Origin: an uncultured Bacteroidia bacterium
GTDB taxonomy: Bacteria; Bacteroidota; Bacteroidia; Bacteroidales; UBA932
Reading direction: 5' to 3'
Assembly (NCBI GenBank): GCA_902782225.1
Contig: CACZMF010000011.1
Location: 3,127 to 67,126, forward strand
Length of the DNA: 64,000 nucleotides
Part shown: piece after piece, positions 9,139 through 19,729 of the stretch
How positions within the stretch are numbered: the first letter of the stretch is position 1
Layout of the letters: every line of letters begins with the position of its first letter
Made by a program: the position numbers and the translations under genes
Notes under the pieces: generated by a model
The model's input: only the letters and a program-made list of their open reading frames with translations
What the model was told of the DNA's origin: nothing
Databases searched by the model: none

Positions 9139-11007
9139 ATGAACACAAGACGATTTCTATTAGCAATTGCGGCATTTACCGCCGCGATAATGTCATGTAA
9201 CAAGCCCGAACCGGAGCCCGAACCGGAACCGGAGCCGGGCAAAGATCCTGAAGCGACTTTCTCCATCGACAAGACTAGCGTATCTTTCGAAGCGAAAGGC
9301 GGAACCGCATCCGTGAGCATAACATCCAACACCGAATGGATGGCCGTAGGGCTTGACTGGCTCACCATAGAGCCGTCCAAGGGCAAAGGCAATGCAACCG
9401 TGACACTGACAGCAGCAGAAAACACCAAGACCTCCGAGAGGAAAGGAAAGATCACCTTCTCTTATTCGGGAAAAACCGAGGAAATAGCTGTAAATCAAAA
9501 AGGTGCAGAGAATTCAGAAGAGCCTCTTCCGTCTAGCGACCCACATTCTGTCGACAAGACATCCATAGTTTCCGGCCAGAGCGTCACCTTGAAATTCGAC
9601 ACTTCGGTATGGACTATGGCCAAGGGAATAAAATGGTCTTGGAAAGAGGGAGAGAAAGAAATAGTTAAAGAAGGGGCCGAAGTCACCACGCCGGTAGAAG
9701 TGGATTACCTGACCATAACCGACAATACCCCCGTAGATGTCCCGATCGCCGTCTCCGCCACCGTGAACGGGAAAGAAATGAACTGGGAGTTGAGTCTGAG
9801 CGTGAAACCTTATTTGCTCTATTACAACGACTGGGGAGTAACCCCTCAGGCTTTCCGCTATTCCGCCCCCGTCTTTTCGGTCGACAAATCCACTGTTTAC
9901 GCAGCTACCGACCGCAAGGGAAGCAAACTCTACGCGTTCGATACAGCAAGCGGCACTAAGAAATGGGAGTTCGATCCCGGAGCGGATAAGACCTGCTGCA
10001 CAACGCCCACCGTCAATCCGGTAAGCGGTGATATCTATTATGTCACCACCACTGCAAACGATATTTACGCCGTCAAAGCAGACGGAACCATGAAATGGAA
10101 ATACGAAGGGCTCGAATCGGTCAACAAGAACTCCAGTCCCGTCGTCTCCAAGGACGGTGCATCGGTCTTCTTCTCCGACAGCAAGGGCAATGTACACGCG
10201 GTCAACGCCCTCACGGGAGAAAAGATCTGGGGAGTCAAGCTGAACGCCACCGTACAGGGAATGATCCTCAACGGCAAAGAGCTTTTCTGCGCATGTGACG
10301 CCATCACCGAAGGGGCTGTCTTCCTGAACGCCGCCGACGGCAGCACTATCGCCGCGGTCGATCTTTACAAGAACAGCAACGACGCCGCTTCGCTCGTCGT
10401 TGATCCGGCAAAGAAAATTGCATACATTCCCTCGAAGGGCAGCAACCAGAGCGCCCCGACGGATCCTTCAGACTACAGTGGTCTCGACCTGACTTCCTGC
10501 CTGACAGCCATCGACCTTGCAGGGCATAAGATGATTTCATGCGGCGAAGTAGCGACTAACAGCTTCTGGGGAGGGGTCGTCCTTGCCAACGGCGACATAA
10601 TTATCGCAGACAAGGACGGTTATATCACCAGGCTCGAATCGTCTACTCTCCGGACAGTTTGGAAAAAAGGCTCCTGGAAGCGCAATTCCTACAATTATGG
10701 CCAACCTGTTATGGACACCGACGGCAACATATACCTTTCTGCCGGACACTATTCCTTCGACGGTGCGGGGCATACCATCAAAATCAACCCGGACGGAGAA
10801 GTGCTCGCAGACTGGGCCAACACAAAGGACCTTGAAGGTCCCATGGCAGGTACAGGACTCTGCAACGGATTGCTGTACATCCTCTGCAACGACACCCAGA
10901 ACAAGGTGCAGAAGCCTATCATGAGCAAATACGTCGGGAAAGACATTGCCACCTTCGGATGGCCGTGCCACGGCGGAAACCTTCAAGGAACCGGCTGCCT
11001 GCAATAG
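9139..11007 (+). CDS. Lipoprotein: BACON domain + PKD/Ig-like domain + PQQ-like beta-propeller repeats
   Basis: Signal MNTRRFLLAIAAFTAAIMSC followed by a (PE)n linker. BACON-like FSIDKTSVSFEAKGGTASVSITSNTEWMAVGLDWLTIEPSKGKGNATVTLTAAEN. PQQ-type blades: KLYAFDTASGTKKWEF, DIYAVKADGTMKWKY, NVHAVNALTGEKIWG. Paralog of 17693..19714. Confidence 0.8.
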   Translation: MNTRRFLLAIAAFTAAIMSCNKPEPEPEPEPEPGKDPEATFSIDKTSVSFEAKGGTASVSITSNTEWMAVGLDWLTIEPSKGKGNATVTLTAAENTKTSERKGKITFSYSGKTEEIAVNQKGAENSEEPLPSSDPHSVDKTSIVSGQSVTLKFDTSVWTMAKGIKWSWKEGEKEIVKEGAEVTTPVEVDYLTITDNTPVDVPIAVSATVNGKEMNWELSLSVKPYLLYYNDWGVTPQAFRYSAPVFSVDKSTVYAATDRKGSKLYAFDTASGTKKWEFDPGADKTCCTTPTVNPVSGDIYYVTTTANDIYAVKADGTMKWKYEGLESVNKNSSPVVSKDGASVFFSDSKGNVHAVNALTGEKIWGVKLNATVQGMILNGKELFCACDAITEGAVFLNAADGSTIAAVDLYKNSNDAASLVVDPAKKIAYIPSKGSNQSAPTDPSDYSGLDLTSCLTAIDLAGHKMISCGEVATNSFWGGVVLANGDIIIADKDGYITRLESSTLRTVWKKGSWKRNSYNYGQPVMDTDGNIYLSAGHYSFDGAGHTIKINPDGEVLADWANTKDLEGPMAGTGLCNGLLYILCNDTQNKVQKPIMSKYVGKDIATFGWPCHGGNLQGTGCLQ

Positions 11008-11016
11008 ACCGTGAAA

Positions 11017-12678
11017 ATGAAAAAGACATTCCTGCTGTTTGCAGCGTGCACAGCCATTATAATAAATGGCTGCACGCCAGTCGAAATACCCAACGACGAG
11101 GACGACGTACCTGCAATACCGGAAGGAATGAACCTTGTCGGCTCGGTTGTCGACGCTTCCGGGAAAGGTATCGAAGGAGTGGTGGTAACTGACGGATTCC
11201 AATGTACCGCCACTCAAGCCGACGGCGCCTATTACATGAAAGTGGACGAGTCCGCGGTCAAGTTCATCTATATCAGCACGCCGTCGGGATATGAGCCGCC
11301 GGCTTCCAACGGCCTGCCCGTGTTTTACATACCGTTCGCCAGGCTCGCAAAGTCGGAAGGGATATACAAGGCCGAGCCCTTCAAACTGACTGCGGTACAA
11401 AACCCGGACAGGGCTACGGTATTGTTTACCGCCGACCCTCAGCCCAGGGCAAGCACGGCAAAATACGACCAGTTCGCTTTCCATTCCCTGGACTGCTGCC
11501 AGGACCTCTACCGGGACTTGAAGGAAACCGGGGAGAGCATTTCGGGAAGAAGGGTCTTCGGGGTATGTCTCGGCGACATCGTCCATGAAAACATGGATCT
11601 TTATTCGGACTACCTTGCAGGGCTAAGTACACTGGGCTATCCCACCTACAATGTAATCGGCAACCATGACAATAATCCTTCGGCGGCAAATGACGAGTCT
11701 GCCGCCGAGGATTTCGAATCCCATTTCGGACCGAGAAACTATTCGTTCAATGTGGGCAATATCCACTTTGTAGTTCTTGACAATCTGATAATGAAAGACA
11801 AGAACGGACGCCTGACAGGGTACGATCAAGGACTTACCGACAGCATATGGGAATGGCTCCAGGCCGACTTGTCGTATGTACCGAAAACAGCGACCATTGC
11901 TACCTGCACCCATTCACCGATGTTCAAGTTACAGAGCGGTGAACGATCCGGGAAGCACAAGAGCGATTATGCCAACCTCCTCACCACTTACTCGAAGGTT
12001 CACGCTTGGGCCGGCCACACCCATGCTACCCACAATTTCGTCTATCCCGCCGGGCATCTGTTCGAAAAAGTGGAAGTCCACACCCTGGCCCGTTCTACCG
12101 GCGAACTGTGGACCAATGAATATCTGTCCTACGGAACTCCGCGCGGATATACCATCGCGGAAATCGAAGACGGGGAGTTCAAATCATGGCGTTTTCACCC
12201 GGTCAAGTACCAGACAGGCAAGTACCTTGGCGCCGAAAAGGCACCTTACGACTTCAGGGACTGGGATTATGACCAGTCAGGAGTCGCGGTAATGAAAAAC
12301 GGTGGCGCTGTACTTGACGAATCCTACCAGATGCATGTCTATCCCCCTGTAGGGACCTACGGCGATTCCAAGGTTTACGTTAACGTATTCCTCTGGGACA
12401 GCATGTGGAGCCGTCCGGTATTTACCCTGGACGGCGGGGGTCCCGTGGAAATGAAGCCGGTGGAGTCCACGTCCCGCCACGATTTCGCCGAAACGATGTT
12501 CAAGACCTTCTACAAGACATACAACTCCACACTTAAAGGAGATTCCAGCTACAAGGCGAGCAATACATCCAATCCGAACACCCTCTTCAGCACACCTGTT
12601 GACGCGCCTTCCGGTTCAGGAACAGTCAGCGTGACAGACCGGTTCGGTAATGTTTACACACAAAAGACCAGCTGGTAG
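11017..12678 (+). CDS. Exported calcineurin-like metallophosphoesterase with N- and C-terminal accessory domains
   Basis: Track start GTG 11011; ATG 11017 gives MKKTFLLFAACTAIIINGC (lipobox). Metallophosphoesterase motifs: FTADPQ.., CLGDIVHEN, VIGNHDNN, VVLDN, TCTHSP, WAGHTHATH. Confidence 0.85.
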   Translation: MKKTFLLFAACTAIIINGCTPVEIPNDEDDVPAIPEGMNLVGSVVDASGKGIEGVVVTDGFQCTATQADGAYYMKVDESAVKFIYISTPSGYEPPASNGLPVFYIPFARLAKSEGIYKAEPFKLTAVQNPDRATVLFTADPQPRASTAKYDQFAFHSLDCCQDLYRDLKETGESISGRRVFGVCLGDIVHENMDLYSDYLAGLSTLGYPTYNVIGNHDNNPSAANDESAAEDFESHFGPRNYSFNVGNIHFVVLDNLIMKDKNGRLTGYDQGLTDSIWEWLQADLSYVPKTATIATCTHSPMFKLQSGERSGKHKSDYANLLTTYSKVHAWAGHTHATHNFVYPAGHLFEKVEVHTLARSTGELWTNEYLSYGTPRGYTIAEIEDGEFKSWRFHPVKYQTGKYLGAEKAPYDFRDWDYDQSGVAVMKNGGAVLDESYQMHVYPPVGTYGDSKVYVNVFLWDSMWSRPVFTLDGGGPVEMKPVESTSRHDFAETMFKTFYKTYNSTLKGDSSYKASNTSNPNTLFSTPVDAPSGSGTVSVTDRFGNVYTQKTSW

Positions 12679-12739
12679 CAGGCGCTCTTGGACGAAAAGA
12701 AAAAACAATTTTAATAACCGCATAAACAGTCAATCAATC

Positions 12740-13102
12740 ATGAAAAAAATCCTAATGGCCACGGCCTTCCTTCTGACTGTCCTTTCTATGGCTCCATCTT
12801 GCCAGAGGCTAAGGCAGCCGGTAAAGGTTGAAAGCGTGGCTCTCTACACCAAACCGGGAGATCCGGTCAGCTCCGCTGCAGGCACCAAGGGAGTGACGAT
12901 CAGCGCGACAGGCGACTGGACTGTCTCTTCGAACGCAGACTGGATTTCCGTGTCCCCTTCTTCAGGATCCAGAGGGATCAATGAAGTTATTCTCAATTAC
13001 ACCGAGAATACCGGTAAGGAACTAAGGACCGGCAGCATAGTATTTACCGCCAAAGGCGGCTACAGCGAAATTTATATTCTAAAACAAAATCCTGCGATAT
13101 GA
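12740..13102 (+). CDS. Small BACON-domain lipoprotein (first gene of PUL-2)
   Basis: Track ORF 12650..13102 trimmed to ATG 12740 (MKKILMATAFLLTVLSMAPSC). BACON-like ISATGDWTVSSNADWISVSPSSGSRGINEVILNYTENTGKELRTGSIVFTAKGGYSEIYILKQ. 4-nt overlap with the following SusC-like gene. Confidence 0.8.
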   Translation: MKKILMATAFLLTVLSMAPSCQRLRQPVKVESVALYTKPGDPVSSAAGTKGVTISATGDWTVSSNADWISVSPSSGSRGINEVILNYTENTGKELRTGSIVFTAKGGYSEIYILKQNPAI

Positions 13103-16100
13103 AAAAGTTCTCAAGTCTGATTATCGCCCTTGCTGCATGTATTGCAGGATTTGCGCAGAACGCCCGGACCGTTTCCGGTATCGTTACCGAGAGCGACGGT
13201 ACACCGGTCGTTGCCGCAATGGTAATTGAAAAAGGCACCATGAACGGCGCGTCGACTGATATCGACGGTAAATACTCCATACGCGTTTCCGACAAAGATA
13301 TCGTCCTCGAAATATCCTGCATCGGATTCGAAACACTTGAAGTGCCTGTTTCCGGCACCCAGGCGATCGCAAATGCTACGCTCAAACAGGACAACATGCT
13401 CATCGATGATGCAATAGTCATCGGATACGGCGTCCAGAACCGGCGCGACGTAACCACGTCGATCGTCTCAATGAAAGCCGAAGACATGACTAACAAGACC
13501 AACGCCGACTTCCGCGAAATGATGGCGGCCAAGATGCCCGGCGTGCAAGTCCTCCAACTTGGCGGCCGTCCGGCAGGTAACGTATCGGTGCGCATCCGCG
13601 GTATCCAGAGTGCAACGTCCGGCAATGATCCGCTTTATGTCATCGATGGTATCCCCACCGAATCGTCCGTATTCTCGCAGCTCGACGCATCCGACATCGA
13701 GAGCATCGAAGTCCTCAAAGATGCATCCGCAGCTGCAATCTACGGATCCAGGGGAAGTTGCGGTGTCATTCTCATCACCACCAAGAGAGGCAACAGCGAG
13801 CAGCCGCGCATCACCTACGACGGCTACTACGGAATAGCCCAGGTATCCAAGAAGATCGACCTTCTTGACGCGTGGGAATTTGCAACCATGTTCAAGGAAG
13901 CGCGTAACGGCTCCTACCTCTACAGCGTTCCCACAGGCTCCATCGGCGACCCGAACAGTGTGCGTCCCGAGGTGTACAACCGCATCCCCGGTGTAGTAGA
14001 GACCTATCTCAAGGACACAGGACACACTCTTACCAACACCGACTGGCAGGACGCCATTTTCCGCAACGCCCAGACCACCCGCCACGCAGTTTCGGTCAGC
14101 GGAAAGGCCGGCAGCGCCAATTACTACATAGGCGCCAACTATTTATACCGGGAAGGCACTATCATATGCAGCGACTACCAGCGCTACTCCATTCGCGCCA
14201 ACATCGACGGCAAGAAAGGGCGTCTCAAATACGGTATAAGCGTCAACCCTTCCTACTCCGCCGAGAACTATGTAGATTCCGACTCACAGTACGGAAGTGA
14301 CGGCGTGATCGCCTCCGCGCTCATGGCTCCTCCCATTTTCCCAGTCAAAAACGCTGATGGCTCTTACAACTGGGACATGAACGGTTATCTCCGGAAGAAC
14401 CTTGGAGACGGTGTGGGTGACACCCAGACCAATGAAGTGCTCAACCCGGTCGCACTCGCCAACGAAGTCAAGGACTTCAGGGAGAAGATGAACATCTTAG
14501 GAAATGCCTATGCCTCATTCGAGATAATCGACGGACTGGAATACAGGATTACCGCAGGCGGCGACTACTATGGATACGCACGAGACTATTACCGTCCTTC
14601 CACCATCCCTCTGAAGGGCAACAAGTACATCGAGCTGGACAGCGATCCGACCATGCCGGCCATTCCCGTCCTGTCACAGCCCAAGTCACGAAACTGGTCT
14701 TACCACTATTACCACTGGACCGTCTCCAACCAGCTGTCTTTCAACCGCAAATGGGGAGACCACAGTTTGAGGGCCGTGGCCGCCTACGAAGCCGAAAAGA
14801 AAGCTAACAGAACTGCTTCCATCTATGGCGACGGCACCATTGGCGACGACAAGATAAAGACCACCAAGGGAACGACACTCGACATAGACAACACTCTCAA
14901 CAACCTGACCAACTATACCTTTGATTCCTGGCTCGTTCGCGCCCAGTATTCATACAAGGCGCGTTATATGTTGTCCGCATCAATCCGCGGAGACCGCTCA
15001 TCGCGATTCGGTTCCAACAACCGTCTCGGCATCTTCCCTGCCGCCTCTATCGGCTGGCGCATCAGCGACGAGGATTTCTTCAGAGACGTAAAAGCAGTCT
15101 CCGACCTCAAACTCCGCGCATCGGTCGGCCAGACAGGCAATGCCAACATAGGCAATTACGAGTGGCTTGCGCTCTACGGCATCAGCAATATCTATATGGG
15201 AGAGGGCAACTCCATAGTAAACCAAGTGTACCCCAGCCAGATCCAGAATGCCGACCTGGGATGGGAAAGGAACACCCAGTACAACATAGGTGTTGACGCC
15301 AACCTCTGGAGCGGCTTGCTCGGTTTCAGCGTGGATGCATATTATTCCAGGACAACCGACATGCTCTTCGACGTTCCCGTACCGGCGGCATCCGGCTTCA
15401 CTTCCTCGAACGTGAATATCGGTTCGATGGAAAACAAGGGTATAGAAATAAGCCTGAACTCCCGCAAGACATTCCCTTCGGGATTCTTCTACGAAGCACG
15501 GGGCAACTGGACACTCAACCGCAACAAAGTACTGAGCCTCGGTGACGAAGACGCCCCCATCATCAAGAATTCAAGCTACAGCGGCGCCGCTTACATTACC
15601 CAGGTCGGGCAACCGGTCGGCTGCTACTATCTGCTTGTTCAAGACGGCGTATTCCACAATCAGGAAGAACTCGACAGCTATCCACATTTTGAAACCACGC
15701 AAATCGGCGATTTCAGATTCATCGACGCCGACGGTGACGGAATACTCGAAAAAGACGACGACCGCGTCATAGTGGGCAACTACATGCCTGATTTCTACTA
15801 CGGCTTCGGATTGAGCATGGGATTCAAGGGCATTGACCTGAGTGCTGATTTCCAGGGCGTTTACGGCAACGAGATTCTCAACCTCGAGCGCCGTTACCTC
15901 TGCAACATCGAAGCATCCTCCAACATGATGGACCTTTCCCTGCAGAGATTCCCCTACGGCGAGATCAACCGCGCCACCAGGAAGTCCACCGGAAACAACG
16001 GCTCATGCACTTCCACCTTCCACATCGAAGACGGCTCTTATCTCAGGCTTCAGAACCTCGCCCTGGGTTACACTCTTCCCAAGAGCATACTGCGCAGGGC

Positions 16101-16278
16101 CAAAATCAACAATCTGAGAATCTATCTTCAGGGCTCCAATCTCTTCACCCTGACCAACTACACAGGCTATAACCCTGAGGTGAACAAGAACTCCTCAGAT
16201 GCCCTCCGTCCCGGCGAAGACTACTGTTCATATCCTCTCCCCCGCACCTACACGGTGGGCGTGAACTTAAATTTCTGA
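13099..16278 (+). CDS. SusC/RagA-family TonB-dependent outer-membrane transporter (PUL-2)
   Basis: 1059-aa ORF with signal MKKFSSLIIALAACIAGFAQ. Carboxypeptidase-regulatory-like domain (VSGIVTESDGTPVVAAMV..DIDGKYSI). Plug motifs AIVIGYGVQNRRD and IEVLKDASAAAIYGSRGSCGVILITTKRG. C-terminal ..GVNLNF. Confidence 0.95.
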   Translation: MKKFSSLIIALAACIAGFAQNARTVSGIVTESDGTPVVAAMVIEKGTMNGASTDIDGKYSIRVSDKDIVLEISCIGFETLEVPVSGTQAIANATLKQDNMLIDDAIVIGYGVQNRRDVTTSIVSMKAEDMTNKTNADFREMMAAKMPGVQVLQLGGRPAGNVSVRIRGIQSATSGNDPLYVIDGIPTESSVFSQLDASDIESIEVLKDASAAAIYGSRGSCGVILITTKRGNSEQPRITYDGYYGIAQVSKKIDLLDAWEFATMFKEARNGSYLYSVPTGSIGDPNSVRPEVYNRIPGVVETYLKDTGHTLTNTDWQDAIFRNAQTTRHAVSVSGKAGSANYYIGANYLYREGTIICSDYQRYSIRANIDGKKGRLKYGISVNPSYSAENYVDSDSQYGSDGVIASALMAPPIFPVKNADGSYNWDMNGYLRKNLGDGVGDTQTNEVLNPVALANEVKDFREKMNILGNAYASFEIIDGLEYRITAGGDYYGYARDYYRPSTIPLKGNKYIELDSDPTMPAIPVLSQPKSRNWSYHYYHWTVSNQLSFNRKWGDHSLRAVAAYEAEKKANRTASIYGDGTIGDDKIKTTKGTTLDIDNTLNNLTNYTFDSWLVRAQYSYKARYMLSASIRGDRSSRFGSNNRLGIFPAASIGWRISDEDFFRDVKAVSDLKLRASVGQTGNANIGNYEWLALYGISNIYMGEGNSIVNQVYPSQIQNADLGWERNTQYNIGVDANLWSGLLGFSVDAYYSRTTDMLFDVPVPAASGFTSSNVNIGSMENKGIEISLNSRKTFPSGFFYEARGNWTLNRNKVLSLGDEDAPIIKNSSYSGAAYITQVGQPVGCYYLLVQDGVFHNQEELDSYPHFETTQIGDFRFIDADGDGILEKDDDRVIVGNYMPDFYYGFGLSMGFKGIDLSADFQGVYGNEILNLERRYLCNIEASSNMMDLSLQRFPYGEINRATRKSTGNNGSCTSTFHIEDGSYLRLQNLALGYTLPKSILRRAKINNLRIYLQGSNLFTLTNYTGYNPEVNKNSSDALRPGEDYCSYPLPRTYTVGVNLNF

Positions 16279-17681
16279 TGAATATGAAAAAGGTATTATT
16301 TATAGCAGCTCTCGGCATCATCGCCGCCTCCGCAAGTTCATGCAGGGATGACTTCTTCGGTCAGTACCCGAGCAACAACATCACCGAGGGTAACTTCTAT
16401 CAGACCGAGAGCGACTTCAACCAGGGAGTCTATTCCTGTTACGCCAAGCTAAAGACAGAGAGCGGATTCTTCATCTCGGAACTTGGTTTCCGCAGCGATG
16501 AGAGCTACCTTGAATCAATGGCAGTGTCCACCCAGGACCGATACGATCTTGACCACTTTGCGGAAAACGCATCCAACGGCATCCTCAGGGATGTCTGGAA
16601 TGCATGGTACAACGGCATCTACCGCTGCAATGACGTTCTTGACCATATGCTCACGACGTCCCTTGACACTCAATCCGAGAAGATGAAGCAATACAAGGGT
16701 GAGTGCCTGTTCATACGCAGCTGGTACAATATAAACCTGTACAAAACCTTCGGCGTTGTGCCGCTCATCAACAAGGTCGTATCCCCCACCGAGGCTATGA
16801 CTATCCCCCGATGCACAGACCAGGGCATGCTTGAACGCCTGAAGGAAGACCTCACGGAAGCCATAGAACTTCTCCCCGAAAAACGTCCTGCCGAGAAGGC
16901 AAGGGTCAGCAAAATTGCGGCCCGCGCACTGTTAGGCCAGGTCTATCTTACTTTCAAGATGTATCCCGATGCCAAAAAGGTGCTCGCCGATGCGCTTTCC
17001 GATGCCGGATACGGGCTTATGGAAAATACCGCTGCCGCATTCAACGTTACCAACAAGATGAACAAAGAAATCATCTTTGCGTTATGCTACAACAAGGGCA
17101 ACGACTTCGGACATGGCTACTGGTGGAGTTCCAACACAAATGTAGAGGCAGACCGGCACGTCCCTACCGTTCCCACAAAATCGCTTTTCGACACGGAAAA
17201 AGACAACCGCTGGCCGCTTATCCACGACTTCATCAAGATTACAAGTTCGGTGTATGCCATGCCCAAATGGTACGACACCTACGATGCGACATACACTACG
17301 CAGGTCGGTAACGACTACCCGCTTCTGCGCTATGCAGATGTAGTTCTGATGTACGCCGAAGCCCTGGGACTCGGCGGTGACATAGCCGGAGCGCTTCCGT
17401 ACATCAATCAGACACGCACCCGCGCCGGACTCAATCCGCTTACCTCGGCTGAAGTATCCTCTGAAGCAGCTTTCCGCCAGCAACTCGCCGACGAACGCGG
17501 CCGTGAATTCGCATACGAGGGCAAACGCTGGTTCGACCTTGTCCGCCTCGGCCTTGCCGTCGATTATTTTACCAAGCTCGGCTACAAAATTGACAACCAT
17601 GAGCTTGTCCTCCCCATCCCTCAGAACCAGATTGAAATATACAACAACAACGCAGTTCTCTGGCAGAACCCCGGATATTAA
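16278..17681 (+). CDS. SusD/RagB-family outer-membrane lipoprotein (PUL-2, short 467-aa type)
   Basis: Lipoprotein signal (..IIAASASSC). Motifs LRYADVVLMYAEAL, ADERGREFAYEGKRWFDLVRLG, C-terminal WQNPGY. Overlaps the SusC stop by 1 nt. Alternative start 16284. Confidence 0.9.
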   Translation: MNMKKVLFIAALGIIAASASSCRDDFFGQYPSNNITEGNFYQTESDFNQGVYSCYAKLKTESGFFISELGFRSDESYLESMAVSTQDRYDLDHFAENASNGILRDVWNAWYNGIYRCNDVLDHMLTTSLDTQSEKMKQYKGECLFIRSWYNINLYKTFGVVPLINKVVSPTEAMTIPRCTDQGMLERLKEDLTEAIELLPEKRPAEKARVSKIAARALLGQVYLTFKMYPDAKKVLADALSDAGYGLMENTAAAFNVTNKMNKEIIFALCYNKGNDFGHGYWWSSNTNVEADRHVPTVPTKSLFDTEKDNRWPLIHDFIKITSSVYAMPKWYDTYDATYTTQVGNDYPLLRYADVVLMYAEALGLGGDIAGALPYINQTRTRAGLNPLTSAEVSSEAAFRQQLADERGREFAYEGKRWFDLVRLGLAVDYFTKLGYKIDNHELVLPIPQNQIEIYNNNAVLWQNPGY

Positions 17682-17692
17682 CAGAAAACACA

Positions 17693-19714
17693 ATGAAAAG
17701 ATTTTTTACATATGCTGTTGGAGTCCTTCTGACACTTGTAGCGGTCTCTGCCTGCTGGAAAGAGCCGCAAATTCAGACTGGAAACGACCTTAAGCTCCGC
17801 CATCAGGTCACTGACCTGATGGCCGTGGCCGGCGACGAGGAAGTCCAGCTCAGCTGGAGCATTCCCGAAGGATGGAACCCCACTTCCTACCTGATAACCT
17901 ACCTGAACACCGAGAGCAAGCAGGAAGAGATTACCGTTGAAGGCGGCACCACTGCTTACACCGTAACAGGCCTTGTAAATGGCGCCAAATATACATTCGG
18001 CGTACAGGCCGTCTATGATAAGCTGCTCTCAGGTATCGTATACACGAAGGAGATGCAGCCCACCACCAGCCGCCTTCCCGTAGGCCAGTTGCTTGCCGAC
18101 GCCGAGAGCGGAAAGGTGACGCTCTATTGGGACAAGCCCTCAACGAGTGTTCTGGGTTACATCATCACCTGCACTCCCGACGGAGGCGAGACCAAGAGTA
18201 TCGAAATATCTGACGGTAACGCTACTTCCTACGTCCTGGAAGGCCTGACGGACGATGTCAACTACACTATCACGATAGTTGCCAAGTACGCCAAAGGCAA
18301 CTCCTCGGCGGCAAGCGTCAAGGCAATGCCAAGCCAGTCCATTCCATTTTTTGTCAAACGCGACAAGGTCTGCATCGGGCAGCCTGTAGAGCTCACTTTC
18401 AACCGTGAAGACTTCCCCGGCGCCACGGACGTCAAATGGATTTTCCCCGGAGACATAGTAGTTGAAGGCGACACTGCAAAGCAGGGCTTTGCGAGCGCCG
18501 GAGAGAAAACAGTCACTCTTTCCGCCAAAGTCAACGGAGTCGAGAAGAACTGGACCATAACCATCGTAGTGCGAGAGTACGCTGTCTATGACAACGATTT
18601 CGCATTCGACACAGGCCAGCTCTACAATGGGTTCAAGGGATCCGCGCCCATGTTCTCTCCGGACGGTAACACCATCTACGACCTGACTTTCAACAAAATC
18701 ACCAACTTGGTCGCATGGGATCTGCAGACCGGAGAAAAGAAATGGACCTACAGAGTAGATCACGGTTCCTACAACGGCCTCACGGTCAATCCTGTCACAG
18801 GTGACATTTACTTCGGCACCCAGACCGCAGGCGATTTCTTCGCCGTCACAGCTAACGGAGAACTGAAATGGCAGTTCACGGAAGCCGGCAGCATGCAGAG
18901 CGCCAGCCCTGCGGTAAGCAAAGACGGAAATACCGTGTATCTGATTGATGCCAAGGGAGCCACCTTTGCACTTGACGCAGCCGCCGGAGCCAAAAAATGG
19001 CAAGCTGAACTGGGAGGCAAGGGCGGCGGTCTGCTTGTCAACGGAAACGACCTTGTTGTTGCAGTCAACAGCACTGAAAAAACCATAGTCTGGCTCAACG
19101 CACTCACCGGTGAAGAAATCGTCAGTTACGCTCAGGCAGGAAAGGCCAGCGACATAAGCGGAGGCTTTGCCGTATCGCCCGACAAACGCTACGCCTATTA
19201 TGGACACGCCGAAGGCATGGTATCCAAAATAGACCTACAGGAAAGGAAGATAGTGGTTGACTGCAAGGTAGTATCAACTGCCGATAAACCGAACATCTGG
19301 GGAGTAGTCTCCTCACCTAACGGCGACATACTCGCCCCGAGCAAAGACGGCAACTGTTATCTACTTGACGGATCCACCCTTGAAATCAAGGCCACCCTTG
19401 AGTCCGGAAAAGGCGTGAACGCTTTCAATTACGCCAGGGCATGCTCCGATACTGAAGGCAATTTCTACATCACTTCAGGCCAAGTCCAGAACACGGTATG
19501 GATTCTCGGACCCGACCTTTCCGTGAAGGACCAGTTTGAGCTGGGAACGAAGAACGATAAGCAGATGGGCGGAAACAACTATCTGGACGGCATTCTGTAC
19601 TCCGCTTTCATCGGAGCCAAGAACGATAACGGCAAATTCATCGGCAAATACGTAGGCGGTGAAAGGTACGCGGCATATGGAATCGACATCTGCGGCAGCT
19701 GCTGCCTGAAATAG
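17693..19714 (+). CDS. Lipoprotein: two FN3 domains + PKD/Ig-like domain + PQQ-like beta-propeller repeats
   Basis: Signal ..LTLVAVSAC. FN3-like segments: VQLSWSIPEGWNPTSYLITY..YTVTGLVNGAKYTFGVQAVY and VTLYWDKPSTSVLGYIITC..YVLEGLTDDVNYTITIVAKY. Propeller blades: NLVAWDLQTGEKKWTY, DFFAVTANGELKWQF, ATFALDAAAGAKKWQ. Paralog of 9139..11007. Confidence 0.8.
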   Translation: MKRFFTYAVGVLLTLVAVSACWKEPQIQTGNDLKLRHQVTDLMAVAGDEEVQLSWSIPEGWNPTSYLITYLNTESKQEEITVEGGTTAYTVTGLVNGAKYTFGVQAVYDKLLSGIVYTKEMQPTTSRLPVGQLLADAESGKVTLYWDKPSTSVLGYIITCTPDGGETKSIEISDGNATSYVLEGLTDDVNYTITIVAKYAKGNSSAASVKAMPSQSIPFFVKRDKVCIGQPVELTFNREDFPGATDVKWIFPGDIVVEGDTAKQGFASAGEKTVTLSAKVNGVEKNWTITIVVREYAVYDNDFAFDTGQLYNGFKGSAPMFSPDGNTIYDLTFNKITNLVAWDLQTGEKKWTYRVDHGSYNGLTVNPVTGDIYFGTQTAGDFFAVTANGELKWQFTEAGSMQSASPAVSKDGNTVYLIDAKGATFALDAAAGAKKWQAELGGKGGGLLVNGNDLVVAVNSTEKTIVWLNALTGEEIVSYAQAGKASDISGGFAVSPDKRYAYYGHAEGMVSKIDLQERKIVVDCKVVSTADKPNIWGVVSSPNGDILAPSKDGNCYLLDGSTLEIKATLESGKGVNAFNYARACSDTEGNFYITSGQVQNTVWILGPDLSVKDQFELGTKNDKQMGGNNYLDGILYSAFIGAKNDNGKFIGKYVGGERYAAYGIDICGSCCLK

Positions 19715-19729
19715 CATTGTAGAACATAG

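Noticed and set aside
9202-9237. (CCGGAR)n / Pro-Glu dipeptide repeat
   Set aside because: It lies within the coding sequence right after the lipobox of ORF 9139. It is a typical flexible lipoprotein linker (KPEPEPEPEPEPG), not an independent repeat element.
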